Origin: an uncultured Clostridia bacterium
Lineage (GTDB): Bacteria; Bacillota; Clostridia; Oscillospirales; Oscillospiraceae
DNA: 64,000 bases
Assembly: GCA_945948185.1 (NCBI GenBank)
Contig: CAMFAL010000001.1
Location: 95-64,094, forward strand
Reading direction: 5' to 3'
The notes beneath the pieces were generated by a model. That model ran no database searches. It saw only the letters and a list, made by a program, of their open reading frames with translations, and had not been told where the DNA came from. Of this stretch, positions 26,600 through 36,726 are shown piece after piece. The translations under genes were made by a program, and so were the position numbers. Positions within the stretch are counted from its first letter, which is position 1. Each line of letters begins with the position of its first letter.

Positions 26600-27643
26600 T
26601 CACTTCAGAAGCAAAATATCTCTGGGCTGGATGGCGGCCCAAACATGGTTTTTATCTGTCACTTTGGACCAATCCTCCCGGTCCAGCTCCATCCGCAGGG
26701 GCGGTGCGTCCGGTGCGGCTCCCTCCGGCCGCAGCAGAACGATGGTGACGAACACGTCCTGAATCACCCGCTGCACTGTACAAGGGAAGGCGCCGGGGCT
26801 TCCCGGCTCCGCCATGGCCACATGGTGGGACCGGATCCCCACCCGGCGGATGTCCGGGGGGACCTCCCTGCCGCAGTCCAGGGTCAGCCCCCACTCCGGC
26901 AGGAATACGTCAGTTCCTTTAGGGACCGCGTCGGCGTAGTTCTTGCAGCCGGACAGCCGGGCCGCCGCCTCCGTCACCGGCTGGTGGAACAACTCCCGCA
27001 GGGTAAAGGTTCCCTGGGACCTTCCCTGGTCCAGCACGCAGACCCGGCGGCAGTTGCGGAACACCTCGCCCCGGTCGTGAGAGACCCACAGGACGGTGCC
27101 GGGGAACTGCTCCAGCGTCTCCGCCAGCTCCACCTCCAGCTGGTATTTCAGATAGCTGTCCAGGGCCGAAAAGGGCTCGTCCAGCAGGATGGCTTTCGGC
27201 TCCGACGCCAGAATCCGGGCCAGCGCCGTCCGCTGCTGCTGCCCGCCCGAGATCTGGCCGGGACGCTTGTCCGCCACCTCCTCCAGGCGGAACTGGCGGA
27301 GCTTTTCTTCTGTGACTGCTTTTCGCCGCTGCTTGTCCCGCACCGCCGCGGCGATGTTCTGCCGCACCGTCATGTTGGGGAACAGGGCGTATTGTTGGAA
27401 CAGATAACCTACCTGCCGTTTTTGCGGGGGAAGGTCGATTTTGGCGGCACTGTCAAACAAGGTAATACCGTCCAGCACGATTTTACCCTCGTCCGGCATC
27501 AGGATGCCGGCCACGCACCGCAGGGTCACAGACTTGCCGCAGCCGGAGGCCCCCAGCAGGGCCAACGTCTCCTGCTCCGCTTCAAACCGGACTTCCAGCT
27601 GGAAGTCTCCCATTTTCTTACGAATATCCACGGACAGGGCCAT
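26600..27643 (-). CDS. modC: Molybdate ABC transporter ATPase
   Basis: GASGCGKS, ISGGQQQR and LLDEPF; in the mod operon. Confidence 0.9.
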   Translation of the reverse strand: MALSVDIRKKMGDFQLEVRFEAEQETLALLGASGCGKSVTLRCVAGILMPDEGKIVLDGITLFDSAAKIDLPPQKRQVGYLFQQYALFPNMTVRQNIAAAVRDKQRRKAVTEEKLRQFRLEEVADKRPGQISGGQQQRTALARILASEPKAILLDEPFSALDSYLKYQLEVELAETLEQFPGTVLWVSHDRGEVFRNCRRVCVLDQGRSQGTFTLRELFHQPVTEAAARLSGCKNYADAVPKGTDVFLPEWGLTLDCGREVPPDIRRVGIRSHHVAMAEPGSPGAFPCTVQRVIQDVFVTIVLLRPEGAAPDAPPLRMELDREDWSKVTDKNHVWAAIQPRDILLLK

Positions 27644-28317
27644 CAGCGTCCGCCTCCCTTCTGCCGCTGGCGGGTCTCCAGCAGATTCACCGCCAGCAGG
27701 AACACCGTCGAGATGGCAATGTTCACCAGGACCCATTTCAGAGCGCCCATGTCATCGTTGGTCCGCCAGAGCTGGTAGACCGTGGTGGAGATGGTGGCGG
27801 TGCGGCCGGGGGTGTATCCGGCGATCATGGAGGTGGCGCCGTACTCGCCCAGGGCACGGGCGAAGGCCAGGACTGTCCCCGCCAGGATGCCCTGCTTGCA
27901 GACGGGCATCTGCACCCGCCAGAAGACCCAGGTATTGGACCGGCCCAGGGTCCGGCCGGCATCCGCCAGATTCCAGTCGAAGCTCTCAAAGGCGCCCCGG
28001 GCGGTGCGGTACATGAGAGGGAACGCCACCACCACGGTGGCGAAGATGGCCGACCACCAGGTCATCACCAGCTTGACGCCGAAGGTTTCCAGCACCCAGG
28101 CTCCTAACGGACGCTTTGGGCCAAGCAGGCACAGCAGCAGCCAGCCCACCACCGTGGGCGGCAGCACCAACGGCAGGGTCAGCACCACGTCCAGCACGCC
28201 CTTCACCAGCCGGGGCAGCTTTGCGATGTAATAGGCGGCGAAAATGCCCAGGAAAAAGACAGCAACGGTGGAAATAGCCGCGATGCGCAGCGAGTTATAA
28301 AGGGGATACCAGTCCAA
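27643..28317 (-). CDS. modB: Molybdate ABC transporter permease
   Basis: LPLVLPPTV and FARALGEYGAT. Confidence 0.93.
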   Translation of the reverse strand: MDWYPLYNSLRIAAISTVAVFFLGIFAAYYIAKLPRLVKGVLDVVLTLPLVLPPTVVGWLLLCLLGPKRPLGAWVLETFGVKLVMTWWSAIFATVVVAFPLMYRTARGAFESFDWNLADAGRTLGRSNTWVFWRVQMPVCKQGILAGTVLAFARALGEYGATSMIAGYTPGRTATISTTVYQLWRTNDDMGALKWVLVNIAISTVFLLAVNLLETRQRQKGGGR

Positions 28318-28390
28318 GGGAGAACACCTCCTGACAGGGGAAATGGAGGTACGCCGCTTTCGCGGCGTACCTCCGCGTGATATGTCACGA

Positions 28391-29257
28391 TCAGACCATG
28401 GGAGAGAAGCCCACAGCCTCGAAGCAGGCCAGAGCGTCGGGAGTGGTCAGATAGTCCAGGAAGGCCTGGGCGGCCTCGGGCTGCTCACCCACATTCAGCA
28501 CGGCGGCAGGATAAATCACTTGGCCGCACATCTCGGCGGTGGCGCTGTCCACCACGGTCAGGCCGGCGGAGAAGGCGTCAGTGCCGTAGATGATACCGCA
28601 GTCCACGGCGCCCTCGGAGACCTGGGTGGTGACTTCCTTCACGTTGGAGCCGTAGGTCAGCTTGCTGGCAATGGCGGCCTCGTCGATCTCATAGTAGGTG
28701 AAAATCTTCTGGGTGTACTGGCCCACAGGCACGTCGCTGTTGCCGATGGCCAGAGCCACATCGCCGTTTTTCAGCAGGTCGGCCAGCTGGTCAAAGCTCT
28801 CAATGCCGGCGGGATTGCCCTCGGGAACCGCCAGGGTCACCTTGTTCTCCAGCAGGTTCAGCCGGGAGCCCTGGACCACCACGTCCAGGCCGTCGGGGTT
28901 CTTCTCGGCGTTGTCCTTCAGGGAGCCGTCCAGGGCGTTGATCTGCTTGGGGGCGGCGGAGATGAACAGGTCGCAGGAGGCGCCCTCCTTGATTTGGGTC
29001 AGCAGGGTGCCGGAGGAGTCGTAGGTGGTGATTACGGTCACTTCCGGGGCCACAGTCTTGTACTGCTCGATCACAGCGTTCAGGGATTCCTGCATGGAGG
29101 CGGCGGCAAAGACGGTGATCTCAACGGGCTCGGCGGCGGGCTCCTGGGTTTCGGGGGCGGGTTCTTCGGTCTTGGCAGGCTCTTCTTTGGAGCCGCCGCA
29201 GGCGGCCAGGGCCAGGGTCAGACACAGGGCCAGCAGTAAAGACAGATACTTCTTCAT
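28391..29257 (-). CDS. modA: Molybdate-binding lipoprotein
   Basis: Lipobox LAAC; FAAAS, SSGTL..QI and VPVGQY. Confidence 0.93.
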   Translation of the reverse strand: MKKYLSLLLALCLTLALAACGGSKEEPAKTEEPAPETQEPAAEPVEITVFAAASMQESLNAVIEQYKTVAPEVTVITTYDSSGTLLTQIKEGASCDLFISAAPKQINALDGSLKDNAEKNPDGLDVVVQGSRLNLLENKVTLAVPEGNPAGIESFDQLADLLKNGDVALAIGNSDVPVGQYTQKIFTYYEIDEAAIASKLTYGSNVKEVTTQVSEGAVDCGIIYGTDAFSAGLTVVDSATAEMCGQVIYPAAVLNVGEQPEAAQAFLDYLTTPDALACFEAVGFSPMV

Positions 29258-29316
29258 CTTGGTGCTTCCTTTCTGAATCATACAATATTTATCCATACTC
29301 CGCAAGGAGAAGATAA

Positions 29317-29342
29317 CGTGATACTCGTTCGAGATTAACGAT
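29317..29342. promoter_or_regulatory. ModE-like palindromic box upstream of modA
   Basis: CGTGATACTCGTTCGAGATTAACGAT; 23/26 identical to the copy at 32297. Confidence 0.7.
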
Positions 29343-29389
29343 TGGGAAACGCAAGAGCGCACCAAGGCGCTCTTACGCTGCGGCAGTTC

Positions 29390-30409
29390 TCATTTTCCGA
29401 AGGGGCAGACAGGCCAGTGGCAAGGCTTGCAGCCCAGGCACAATCCACCCTCGCCCATGGCGGCGAAGTCGGTCCGTGTCATCTCCACGCCCGCGGCGAT
29501 ACGGGGCAGGGCCAGGTCAAAGATGGTGGCACCGGCATACATGACGCAGCCGGGAAGGCCCATGACAACAGTGCCGTCATCGTAGTAGCCCAGCAGGAAC
29601 ATGGCGCCGGGCAGCACCGGGGCGCCGTAGGTGACGATGCGGGCGCCGCTCTGCTTGATCCCGCCGGGGGTGTTGTCATCGGGGTCCACGCTCATGCCGC
29701 CGGTACACAGGATGATATCCGCTCCGGTCTTGTGGGCTTCCCCAATGGCGCCCGCCACATTCTCCACGCCGTCGCCGGAGTAGGTGATAGAAAGCGTTTC
29801 GATGCCGTAGGCGGCCAGTTTGTCTTTCACCACCGGGGTGAAGGTGTCCCTGATCAGGCCCTTTTTCACCTCGCTGCCGGTGGCGATGATGGCGGCGGTC
29901 TTTTTGATGTACGGCAGCAGCTCCAGCAGCGGCTTATCCCCGGCGGCCTGTTCCGCCGCCTTAAGTTTTTCCTCCTCAATAATCAGCGGAATCACACGGG
30001 TGCCCGCCAGCTTGTCGCCCTTGCGGACGGCGGTGTTGCCGTGGCGGGTTGCAACCATGATATCCTCCAGGGAGTTGACGGCCATGAGCCGCTGGCTGTC
30101 CACCCGGAACAGGCCGTCACAGGTTGCAGAAAGCTCGATCTTGCCCTCCTTGACTTCGCTCCACTCCATGTTTTCCTTACCACACAGAGCGGCCAGCCGC
30201 TCCGCCGCATCGTTTTCGTGGACCATACCGGGCGTCATCTCCCAGACGTAGAGGTGCTCCTTGCCCATACTCAGCAGCACGGGAATGTCCTCCGGCTGGA
30301 CCACATGGCCCTTGCGGAACCGGGCATCCTTGTACTCGCCTTTGATGATTTGAGTCATGTCGTGGCACAGCACATGGCCCACGGCTTCCTCGGTCCTGAT
30401 CAGTTTCAT
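29390..30409 (-). CDS. Clostridial MoeA-like molybdopterin-binding protein
   Basis: LCHDMTQI, TGSEV, TGGMSVDPDD and GLPGC; C-terminal CxxCxxC..C. Confidence 0.85.
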   Translation of the reverse strand: MKLIRTEEAVGHVLCHDMTQIIKGEYKDARFRKGHVVQPEDIPVLLSMGKEHLYVWEMTPGMVHENDAAERLAALCGKENMEWSEVKEGKIELSATCDGLFRVDSQRLMAVNSLEDIMVATRHGNTAVRKGDKLAGTRVIPLIIEEEKLKAAEQAAGDKPLLELLPYIKKTAAIIATGSEVKKGLIRDTFTPVVKDKLAAYGIETLSITYSGDGVENVAGAIGEAHKTGADIILCTGGMSVDPDDNTPGGIKQSGARIVTYGAPVLPGAMFLLGYYDDGTVVMGLPGCVMYAGATIFDLALPRIAAGVEMTRTDFAAMGEGGLCLGCKPCHWPVCPFGK

Positions 30410-30849
30410 GGTTTTGCCTCCAAAATCTCGATCTCGTCTCCGGCCCGGACGGTGCCTTCCTTCACCACCACGGCAAAGATGCCCTCCGTGGGCATGACGC
30501 ACTTGCCCACCGCCTTTTTGATGGCGCAGTCACTGTGGCACTCCTTGCCGATCTGGGTGACCTCGACCTCGGCCTCACCAATACGAAGGTGAGTACCTAC
30601 CGGCAGGTGCTTTAAGTCGATGCCCACGGTGTTGATATTTTCCGCGAACACGCCTACGTCCAGGGGGATGGGAGAGAGGGCCCGCATAGTGTCCACACTC
30701 TCCTCCGCCAGCAGGGAGATCTGACGGTGCCAATCTCCGGCATGGGCGTCCCCCACGATGCCGTGGCGCAGCTTCAGCTGAATCTCCGGAACGGGGTGCT
30801 TCTGCTCCCCCTTCCGCTCACTGATGTTCACCGATACGACCTTTGCCAT
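30406..30849 (-). CDS. MOSC-domain protein
   Basis: GDAHAG..HRQISLL, FAENI and TQIGKECH..C. Confidence 0.9.
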   Translation of the reverse strand: MAKVVSVNISERKGEQKHPVPEIQLKLRHGIVGDAHAGDWHRQISLLAEESVDTMRALSPIPLDVGVFAENINTVGIDLKHLPVGTHLRIGEAEVEVTQIGKECHSDCAIKKAVGKCVMPTEGIFAVVVKEGTVRAGDEIEILEAKP

Positions 30850-30850
30850 A

Positions 30851-31330
30851 TCATTCCTCCGCGATGTAATCACCGCTCTTGCCGCCGGATTTCCGCAGCA
30901 GGCGGATGTTGGTGATGCGCATGTCCTTCTGGACAGCCTTGCACATATCATAGATGGTCAGCGCCGCCACAGAGACGGCAGTGAGGGCCTCCATCTCCAC
31001 TCCGGTGACGCCGGTGCAGGTAACAGTGGCCTGAATCTCTACCATACAGGGGTCGTCGGACAGATGGAACGCAATGTCGATGCCCGTCAGGGGCAGGGGA
31101 TGGCACATGGGGATCAGCTCCCAGTTATGCTTGGCGGCCTGGATGCCCGCCACCTGAGCCACCGCCAGCACGTCGCCCTTCTTCATGGTGCCAGCTTTGA
31201 TGTGGGCCATGGTCTCCGGGGCCATATGAATCTCTCCGGCGGCAATGGCCGTCCGGTGGGTGACAGCCTTCTCTGTCACGTCCACCATTTTTGCCCTTCC
31301 CTGTTCATTAAAATGGGTCAAGTCTCCCAT
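30851..31330 (-). CDS. moaC: Cyclic pyranopterin monophosphate synthase
   Basis: [19 protein letters not shown] and KSGGKSG. Confidence 0.96.
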   Translation of the reverse strand: MGDLTHFNEQGRAKMVDVTEKAVTHRTAIAAGEIHMAPETMAHIKAGTMKKGDVLAVAQVAGIQAAKHNWELIPMCHPLPLTGIDIAFHLSDDPCMVEIQATVTCTGVTGVEMEALTAVSVAALTIYDMCKAVQKDMRITNIRLLRKSGGKSGDYIAEE

Positions 31331-31333
31331 GGT

Positions 31334-32278
31334 TCAGCCTCCGATCTGGTTCATGGTGCGGGGGGTGTCGCTGGGGCGCTCCCCCAGGTGATGCTGCCGG
31401 GGCTTCTGCAGGATACCCCGATGAATGGCTTCCTCCAATGCTTCGCCATGGAGACCCCGCAGGGAAAGTTCCTCCCGGCTGTGGAGGCAGCCTTTCAGCT
31501 TGCCGTCCGCCGTCACCCGGATGCGGCGGCATTCACTGCAAAATTCATGGCTCATGGGTGAGATCAGCCCCACGGTTCCTTTGGCGCCGGGCAGCCGGTA
31601 CCGCCGGGCCACGCCGTTGGGTTCGATCTCCTGTAAAGCGGGATACCGTTTCAGCACCTCCGCTCCCCGCAGGAAGCAGCTCTTGTCCCAGGAGGCACAG
31701 GGGCCCATGGGCATCAGTTCAATAAAGCGGACCTCCCAGGGGTGGTCCATGGTCAGATGCAAAAAGTCCCCGATCTCATCGTCGTTGAAGCCGCCGATCA
31801 GGACCGTATCCAGCTTCAGGTCCCGGAAGCCCGCCGCCTCCGCCGCCCCGATGCCCGCCATCACATCCTCCAGGCTCCCCAGGCGGGTCATGTCATGGAA
31901 GCGGTCCGGACGCAGGGTATCCAGGCTGATATTCAGACGGTCCACCCCCGCCTCCCGCAGAGGCGCGGCCAATTCCGAAAGGAGGCTTCCGTTGGTGGTG
32001 AGGCACAGCTCCTCCAGCCCCGGGATTGCCCGCAGCTGGCGGCAGATTTCCAGAATGCCCCGGCGCACCAGGGGTTCGCCGCCCGTCAAGCGGATCTTCT
32101 TTACGCCCAGGCGGACGGCGGCTTCTGCGATCTCCGCGCACTCCTCCACAGAGAGAATTTCCCGGTGGTTCCGCTTGCAGACGCCCTCGGTTGGCATGCA
32201 GTACCGGCAGCGGTAGTTGCACAGGTCCGTTACCGACAGCCGCAGATAGTCAATGGTTCGGCCGCAGCCATCCCGCAT
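31334..32278 (-). CDS. moaA: GTP 3',8-cyclase
   Basis: CNYRCRYC, TGGEP, C..C.R.R...CL and terminal IGG. Confidence 0.96.
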   Translation of the reverse strand: MRDGCGRTIDYLRLSVTDLCNYRCRYCMPTEGVCKRNHREILSVEECAEIAEAAVRLGVKKIRLTGGEPLVRRGILEICRQLRAIPGLEELCLTTNGSLLSELAAPLREAGVDRLNISLDTLRPDRFHDMTRLGSLEDVMAGIGAAEAAGFRDLKLDTVLIGGFNDDEIGDFLHLTMDHPWEVRFIELMPMGPCASWDKSCFLRGAEVLKRYPALQEIEPNGVARRYRLPGAKGTVGLISPMSHEFCSECRRIRVTADGKLKGCLHSREELSLRGLHGEALEEAIHRGILQKPRQHHLGERPSDTPRTMNQIGG

Positions 32279-32296
32279 ACCGGTCCCCCCCTTTTT

Positions 32297-32322
32297 CGTG
32301 ATTCTCATTTGAGATTAACGAT
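32297..32322. promoter_or_regulatory. ModE-like palindromic box upstream of moaA
   Basis: CGTGATTCTCATTTGAGATTAACGAT. Confidence 0.7.
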
Positions 32323-32445
32323 GGTTTTATGATACCATTTTCCCCCGCATCGGTCAAGTACCTGCCGCCGGTTCCCCCTGCCTGTTTTTTATTAAGGGGA
32401 TGTGAAAAATATCCCCGGACGCCAAATGGCGTCCGGGGGTGTGGG

Positions 32446-35400
32446 TCATTGGCTGACCGCAGCTTCTTCCAGAGCTTTCTGTCTGTCTTTCCGCCGCAGC
32501 TTTCGGGGAAGCTCGTCGATGACGGAGTAGAACACGGGGGTAAACAGCAGCGTCACAATGGTGGAGATGACCATACCGGAGATCATGGTAATGCCCATGT
32601 CGCTCATCATCTCCAGGGTATCGCCCATAGCCAGCGCCATGGGGACCATGGCCAGCACTGTGGTGGTGGTAGTCATCAGCACCGGGCGGACACGGAGGGG
32701 ACAGGCTTTGAGGATAGCCTCCTCCCGGCTCTCGCCCATCTCCCGGCGGACCTTGATGTAATCCACCAGGATGATGGAGCTGTTGACCACGGTGCCCGCC
32801 AGCATAATGAGGGACACCAGGGAAATCATGGACAGGTCCCGGCCCGTCAGGGGCAGGGCGAAGAGGGCTCCGCTGAAGGCCACCGGCAGAATCATCATGA
32901 CAATGACCGGCATCAGGAAGGACTCGAACTGGGCCGCCAGCACGAAGTACACCAGACCCAGGGCCACCACCAGTGCCAGCAGCAGGTCATTGAAGCTCTC
33001 CATCATGTCCTCATAGGAACCGGCGGTCTCCGCCGTGTAGCCCTCCGGCATGTCGTAGCCCGCCAGGATCTCCTGGATGGCCCGGGTCATGGCGGTGGCG
33101 TCGCCGCTGAGGGTGGAGCCGGTGACGCTGACCTGACGGGACTGGTTCACGCGGCTGATGCTCTGGGGCGCCTGCACGATCTCCACATACGCCACGTCAC
33201 TGAGGGACACATAGCCGCCCATGGCGGTGGAGATGGGCATGGCCCGCAGGGCGTCCAGGCTGGCGCCGGCGCTGCCGTCGCCCTTGACCACCACGTCGAT
33301 TTCCTTGTTGTCCAGAAACACGGTGGTAGCGGTATCGCCGGTGAGCTGGGAGCGGACCGCGGCGCCGATACTGGCGGCGGTCAGTCCATACTGGGAGGCG
33401 GCCTCGCGGTTGATGGTAACCTCCACCTGGGGCACCTGCTCCGCCACGGAGCTGGTGACATCCACGGCGTCCTCCAGTTGGGCAATCTCCCGGGTCAGGT
33501 CCTCGGCGATGACCGCCAGGGTGGCGTAGTCGTCGCCGGTGATGTTGACGCTGATATCGCTGCCGCTCATCATGGAGGTCATGTCGGCGGCGGCAACGCT
33601 GATCTCGCAGCCGGCAATATCCTGCAGCCAGGGCCGCAGGCCGTCGGCCACCTCCTGACTGCTGCGTTTCCGGTCGCTCTTGTCCACCAGGTTCAGCGTG
33701 ATGCTGGCGCTTTCCGCTTCCGCGCTGTAATACATATCGGACAGCTCCGCCACGTTCTCCTCCGCGATGCGGCCGATCCGGTCCGCGATGGCAGTGGTCT
33801 CGTCCACCTCAGAGCCGGTGGGCATACTGACGGAGATGGAGACCTGGCCCATGTCCATAGCGGGCAGCAGCACCGTTCCGGTGGACAGGCAGCATACCGT
33901 GAAGAAGGCCACCAGCGCCACGGAGACCAGCATCCCCACCTTCAGATGGTGGACAAAGTAATTCAACAGGCGCAGATAGGTGTCGTACAGTTTGCCGGTC
34001 CAGCTCTTGAGCTTACCGCTCAGAGCGCCGGGCTGCTTCTTCGCCTTCTCCAGCTGCTTCTGATGGACCCTGGTCTCATCCAGCATCATGTAGCACAGCA
34101 GGGGCACCAGGGTCAGGGCAATGGCCATGGAGCCCAGGATCAGGAAGCCGATGGTCAGGCAGAAATCGTCGAACAGCATACCCGCCATGCCGCCGGAGAG
34201 ACCGATGGGCACGAACACCGCCACGGTGGTCAGGGTGGAGGCAATGACGGAGGTGGTGACCTCCTTGGTGCCGTCCACGCAGGCGCTCATACGGTCATGG
34301 CCCTCCGCCGCGTAGCGGTAGATGTTCTCCAGCACCACGATGGAGTTGTCCACGATCATGCCCACGCCCATGGCGATGCCGCCCATGCTCATCATGTTCA
34401 GCGTCAGATGGCACAGGTTCATCAGCAGGAACACCGACAGAATACACACCGGCATGGAGATGGCGATGGTCATGGTGGCGCTCCAGCGGCGCAGGAACAG
34501 ATACACTATAATGGCCGCCAACAGCACGCCCAGAATGATGTTCTGCAGGGCGGAATGTACCACGACATCAATGAAATCAGAGGCCAGATAGACATTGGAG
34601 TACCGGACGCTGCGGTTCTCCGCCTGGAGTTCCTCCATCCGCGCGGCCACCTTCCGGGCTGTGGAATGCTCATTGGCGCCGGACTGCTTGGATACCTGGA
34701 GCAGCACGCAGTTGGTGCCCTCCACCTTGGCCACGGAAGCGCTCTCGCTGTTCTCCAGAACCACATCCGCCACCTCCCCCAAGCGGATGGTTCCGCCGGT
34801 GGGCAGGGCCAGGATCATATTGGCCACGTCCTCCACGCTCTGGAAGCGGGCGTCAGTGCTGACAGTCAGGGTCTTGGAGCCGTTCTGCATGTCGCCGCCG
34901 GGATACAGCAGGTTCTCCGCAGCCAGGAACTGACCCACATAGCTGTTGGAGATGCCATAGCCCGCCGCCCGGGTGGCGTCCACCTGGACGCTGATCTGCC
35001 GGGTGACACCGCCGCTGACCGTGACGGAGGCCACACCGTCGATGCGCTCCAGGGCGGGGCCCACGGTGTCATCCGCCAGGGTCTGGAGCTCCGCCAGGTC
35101 ATCGCCGATCAGGGCGATCATGGCGGTGGGCAGCAGGTCGCCGATGTTCATGTTGATGATCATGGGCTCAGAAGCGCCGTCCGGCAGGGACAGGGCACTG
35201 AACTTCTCCCGCAGCTTGGTGGCCGCGATGTCCAGGTCCGTGCCGTCCTCATAGGTGATCATCAGATTGGCGAGGCCGTCGGAGGAGGTGGAGGACACCT
35301 CCTCCACGCCGGAGACCGACATGACGGCGGTCTCCAGGGGGCGGGTCACCAGTTCCTCCATGTCGCTGGGGGTGGCGCCGTTGTAATAGCTCACCACGAT

Positions 35401-35535
35401 GGCCATGGGCGCCTCCATGTCCGGCAGCAGGGCCATCTGGAGCTGGGTGGTGAACACCACGCCGAAGATGGCAATCATAATGACCGCCAGCAGGGTCGTG
35501 ACCCTGTGTTTAATACAAAATTTTGCCGTACTCAT
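32446..35535 (-). CDS. RND efflux permease (AcrB/SwrC-like)
   Basis: 1029 aa, duplicated TM/loop architecture; IVDNSIVVLENI, AAQFES and RPVLMT. Confidence 0.95.
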   Translation of the reverse strand: MSTAKFCIKHRVTTLLAVIMIAIFGVVFTTQLQMALLPDMEAPMAIVVSYYNGATPSDMEELVTRPLETAVMSVSGVEEVSSTSSDGLANLMITYEDGTDLDIAATKLREKFSALSLPDGASEPMIINMNIGDLLPTAMIALIGDDLAELQTLADDTVGPALERIDGVASVTVSGGVTRQISVQVDATRAAGYGISNSYVGQFLAAENLLYPGGDMQNGSKTLTVSTDARFQSVEDVANMILALPTGGTIRLGEVADVVLENSESASVAKVEGTNCVLLQVSKQSGANEHSTARKVAARMEELQAENRSVRYSNVYLASDFIDVVVHSALQNIILGVLLAAIIVYLFLRRWSATMTIAISMPVCILSVFLLMNLCHLTLNMMSMGGIAMGVGMIVDNSIVVLENIYRYAAEGHDRMSACVDGTKEVTTSVIASTLTTVAVFVPIGLSGGMAGMLFDDFCLTIGFLILGSMAIALTLVPLLCYMMLDETRVHQKQLEKAKKQPGALSGKLKSWTGKLYDTYLRLLNYFVHHLKVGMLVSVALVAFFTVCCLSTGTVLLPAMDMGQVSISVSMPTGSEVDETTAIADRIGRIAEENVAELSDMYYSAEAESASITLNLVDKSDRKRSSQEVADGLRPWLQDIAGCEISVAAADMTSMMSGSDISVNITGDDYATLAVIAEDLTREIAQLEDAVDVTSSVAEQVPQVEVTINREAASQYGLTAASIGAAVRSQLTGDTATTVFLDNKEIDVVVKGDGSAGASLDALRAMPISTAMGGYVSLSDVAYVEIVQAPQSISRVNQSRQVSVTGSTLSGDATAMTRAIQEILAGYDMPEGYTAETAGSYEDMMESFNDLLLALVVALGLVYFVLAAQFESFLMPVIVMMILPVAFSGALFALPLTGRDLSMISLVSLIMLAGTVVNSSIILVDYIKVRREMGESREEAILKACPLRVRPVLMTTTTTVLAMVPMALAMGDTLEMMSDMGITMISGMVISTIVTLLFTPVFYSVIDELPRKLRRKDRQKALEEAAVSQ

Positions 35536-35541
35536 GGGCTC

Positions 35542-36711
35542 TTATTCCTCCCCGGAGACGACGCGGACCGCGTCGCCGTCGGACAGGTAGGCCTGGCCCA
35601 CCGTCACCAGCTTCTGGCCCGCCTTCAGGCCGGAGGTGACCTCCGTGACGCCGCTGCCGGTGAGGCCGGTGGTGATCTCCGCATATCTGGCCGTGTCATC
35701 CTCCACCACAAATACGTACTGGGTATCATGCTCCGTGAGGATCGCCTCCGTGGGGATCACGATGGTGTTTTCAGACACATCCGTATGGAAGGTCACTTCC
35801 GCGAACATGCCGGACAGCAGGCCCTCCGCGTCCGCGGGCACTGTCAGTGTGACGGCATACAGCTTGGTCTGCATGTTGGCCGCCCGCTCCACGGAGGAGA
35901 TGGTGGCGGTGAAGTGCGCATCCAGGGAGCTGACGTACACGTCGGCGGTATCGCCGGCGGAGAGCTTGGGCACCAGGGTCTCCGACACGGAGGCGGTTAC
36001 CTTCATCTGTCCGGCGCCGCCGATGACGGCCACGGGCATGGAACTGGAGACATAAGCGCCCTCGGAGGCATTCATGGTCACCAGAGTACCGCTGACAGGG
36101 GCAATGACGTTGCCCTCCTTGTCCACATTGTCCATGACCACGTCCAGCTGCTCCAGGCCGCTCTTGGCATTCTGGATGCCGGCCTCCAGCTGCGCCAGAG
36201 CCGAAGCACGGCTGGCGGCGGCGGACTCATAGCTGATCTCCGCGTTGTCCACCTCCAGCTTGGAGGCGGCGCCGATCTCATACAGGGCCTTGGTATTGTC
36301 CACATTGTCCTTGGCCAGCTTCACCTGCTTATCCAGGATGCTCTTCTGGTCCTGATAACTCCGGACCGCGGCGTCATAGCTGATGCGGGCGGCGTCGTAG
36401 CTGGCCAGGGTGCTGCCCATGTCCAGCGTGCAGAGAACGTCTCCCTTCTCCACGGTGTCGCCGGCGTTCTTGAAGACCGCCGTACACTTGGCGGTGGAGG
36501 CGGCCATGATGGTGGCCTCGTTGTCAGCGGAGATCCTGCCGGAGACCTTGTTCGCCGCGGTGATGGTATCTGCCGCCACGGTCTCCACCTGGACGGCAAC
36601 ACCGGCGGGGCCGGTCTCCTCTTCCGCCTTCTTTTCTCCGCAGGCAGTCAGGGAGGCGGTCATAACGGCGGCCAGAAGCAGGGCCGTCAGCTGCTTATCA
36701 CGGTGTTTCAT
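35542..36711 (-). CDS. RND periplasmic adaptor (MFP) lipoprotein
   Basis: Lipobox LTAC, GDTVEKGDVL, coiled coil, APVSG and SGL..G..V. Confidence 0.92.
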   Translation of the reverse strand: MKHRDKQLTALLLAAVMTASLTACGEKKAEEETGPAGVAVQVETVAADTITAANKVSGRISADNEATIMAASTAKCTAVFKNAGDTVEKGDVLCTLDMGSTLASYDAARISYDAAVRSYQDQKSILDKQVKLAKDNVDNTKALYEIGAASKLEVDNAEISYESAAASRASALAQLEAGIQNAKSGLEQLDVVMDNVDKEGNVIAPVSGTLVTMNASEGAYVSSSMPVAVIGGAGQMKVTASVSETLVPKLSAGDTADVYVSSLDAHFTATISSVERAANMQTKLYAVTLTVPADAEGLLSGMFAEVTFHTDVSENTIVIPTEAILTEHDTQYVFVVEDDTARYAEITTGLTGSGVTEVTSGLKAGQKLVTVGQAYLSDGDAVRVVSGEE

Positions 36712-36726
36712 ATTCGTTTCCCCCTG

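Noticed and set aside
32413-32438. REP-like family (ccccggacgc..gcgtccgggg, also near 6034)
   Set aside because: Only two copies, both right after operon ends; explained as terminators.
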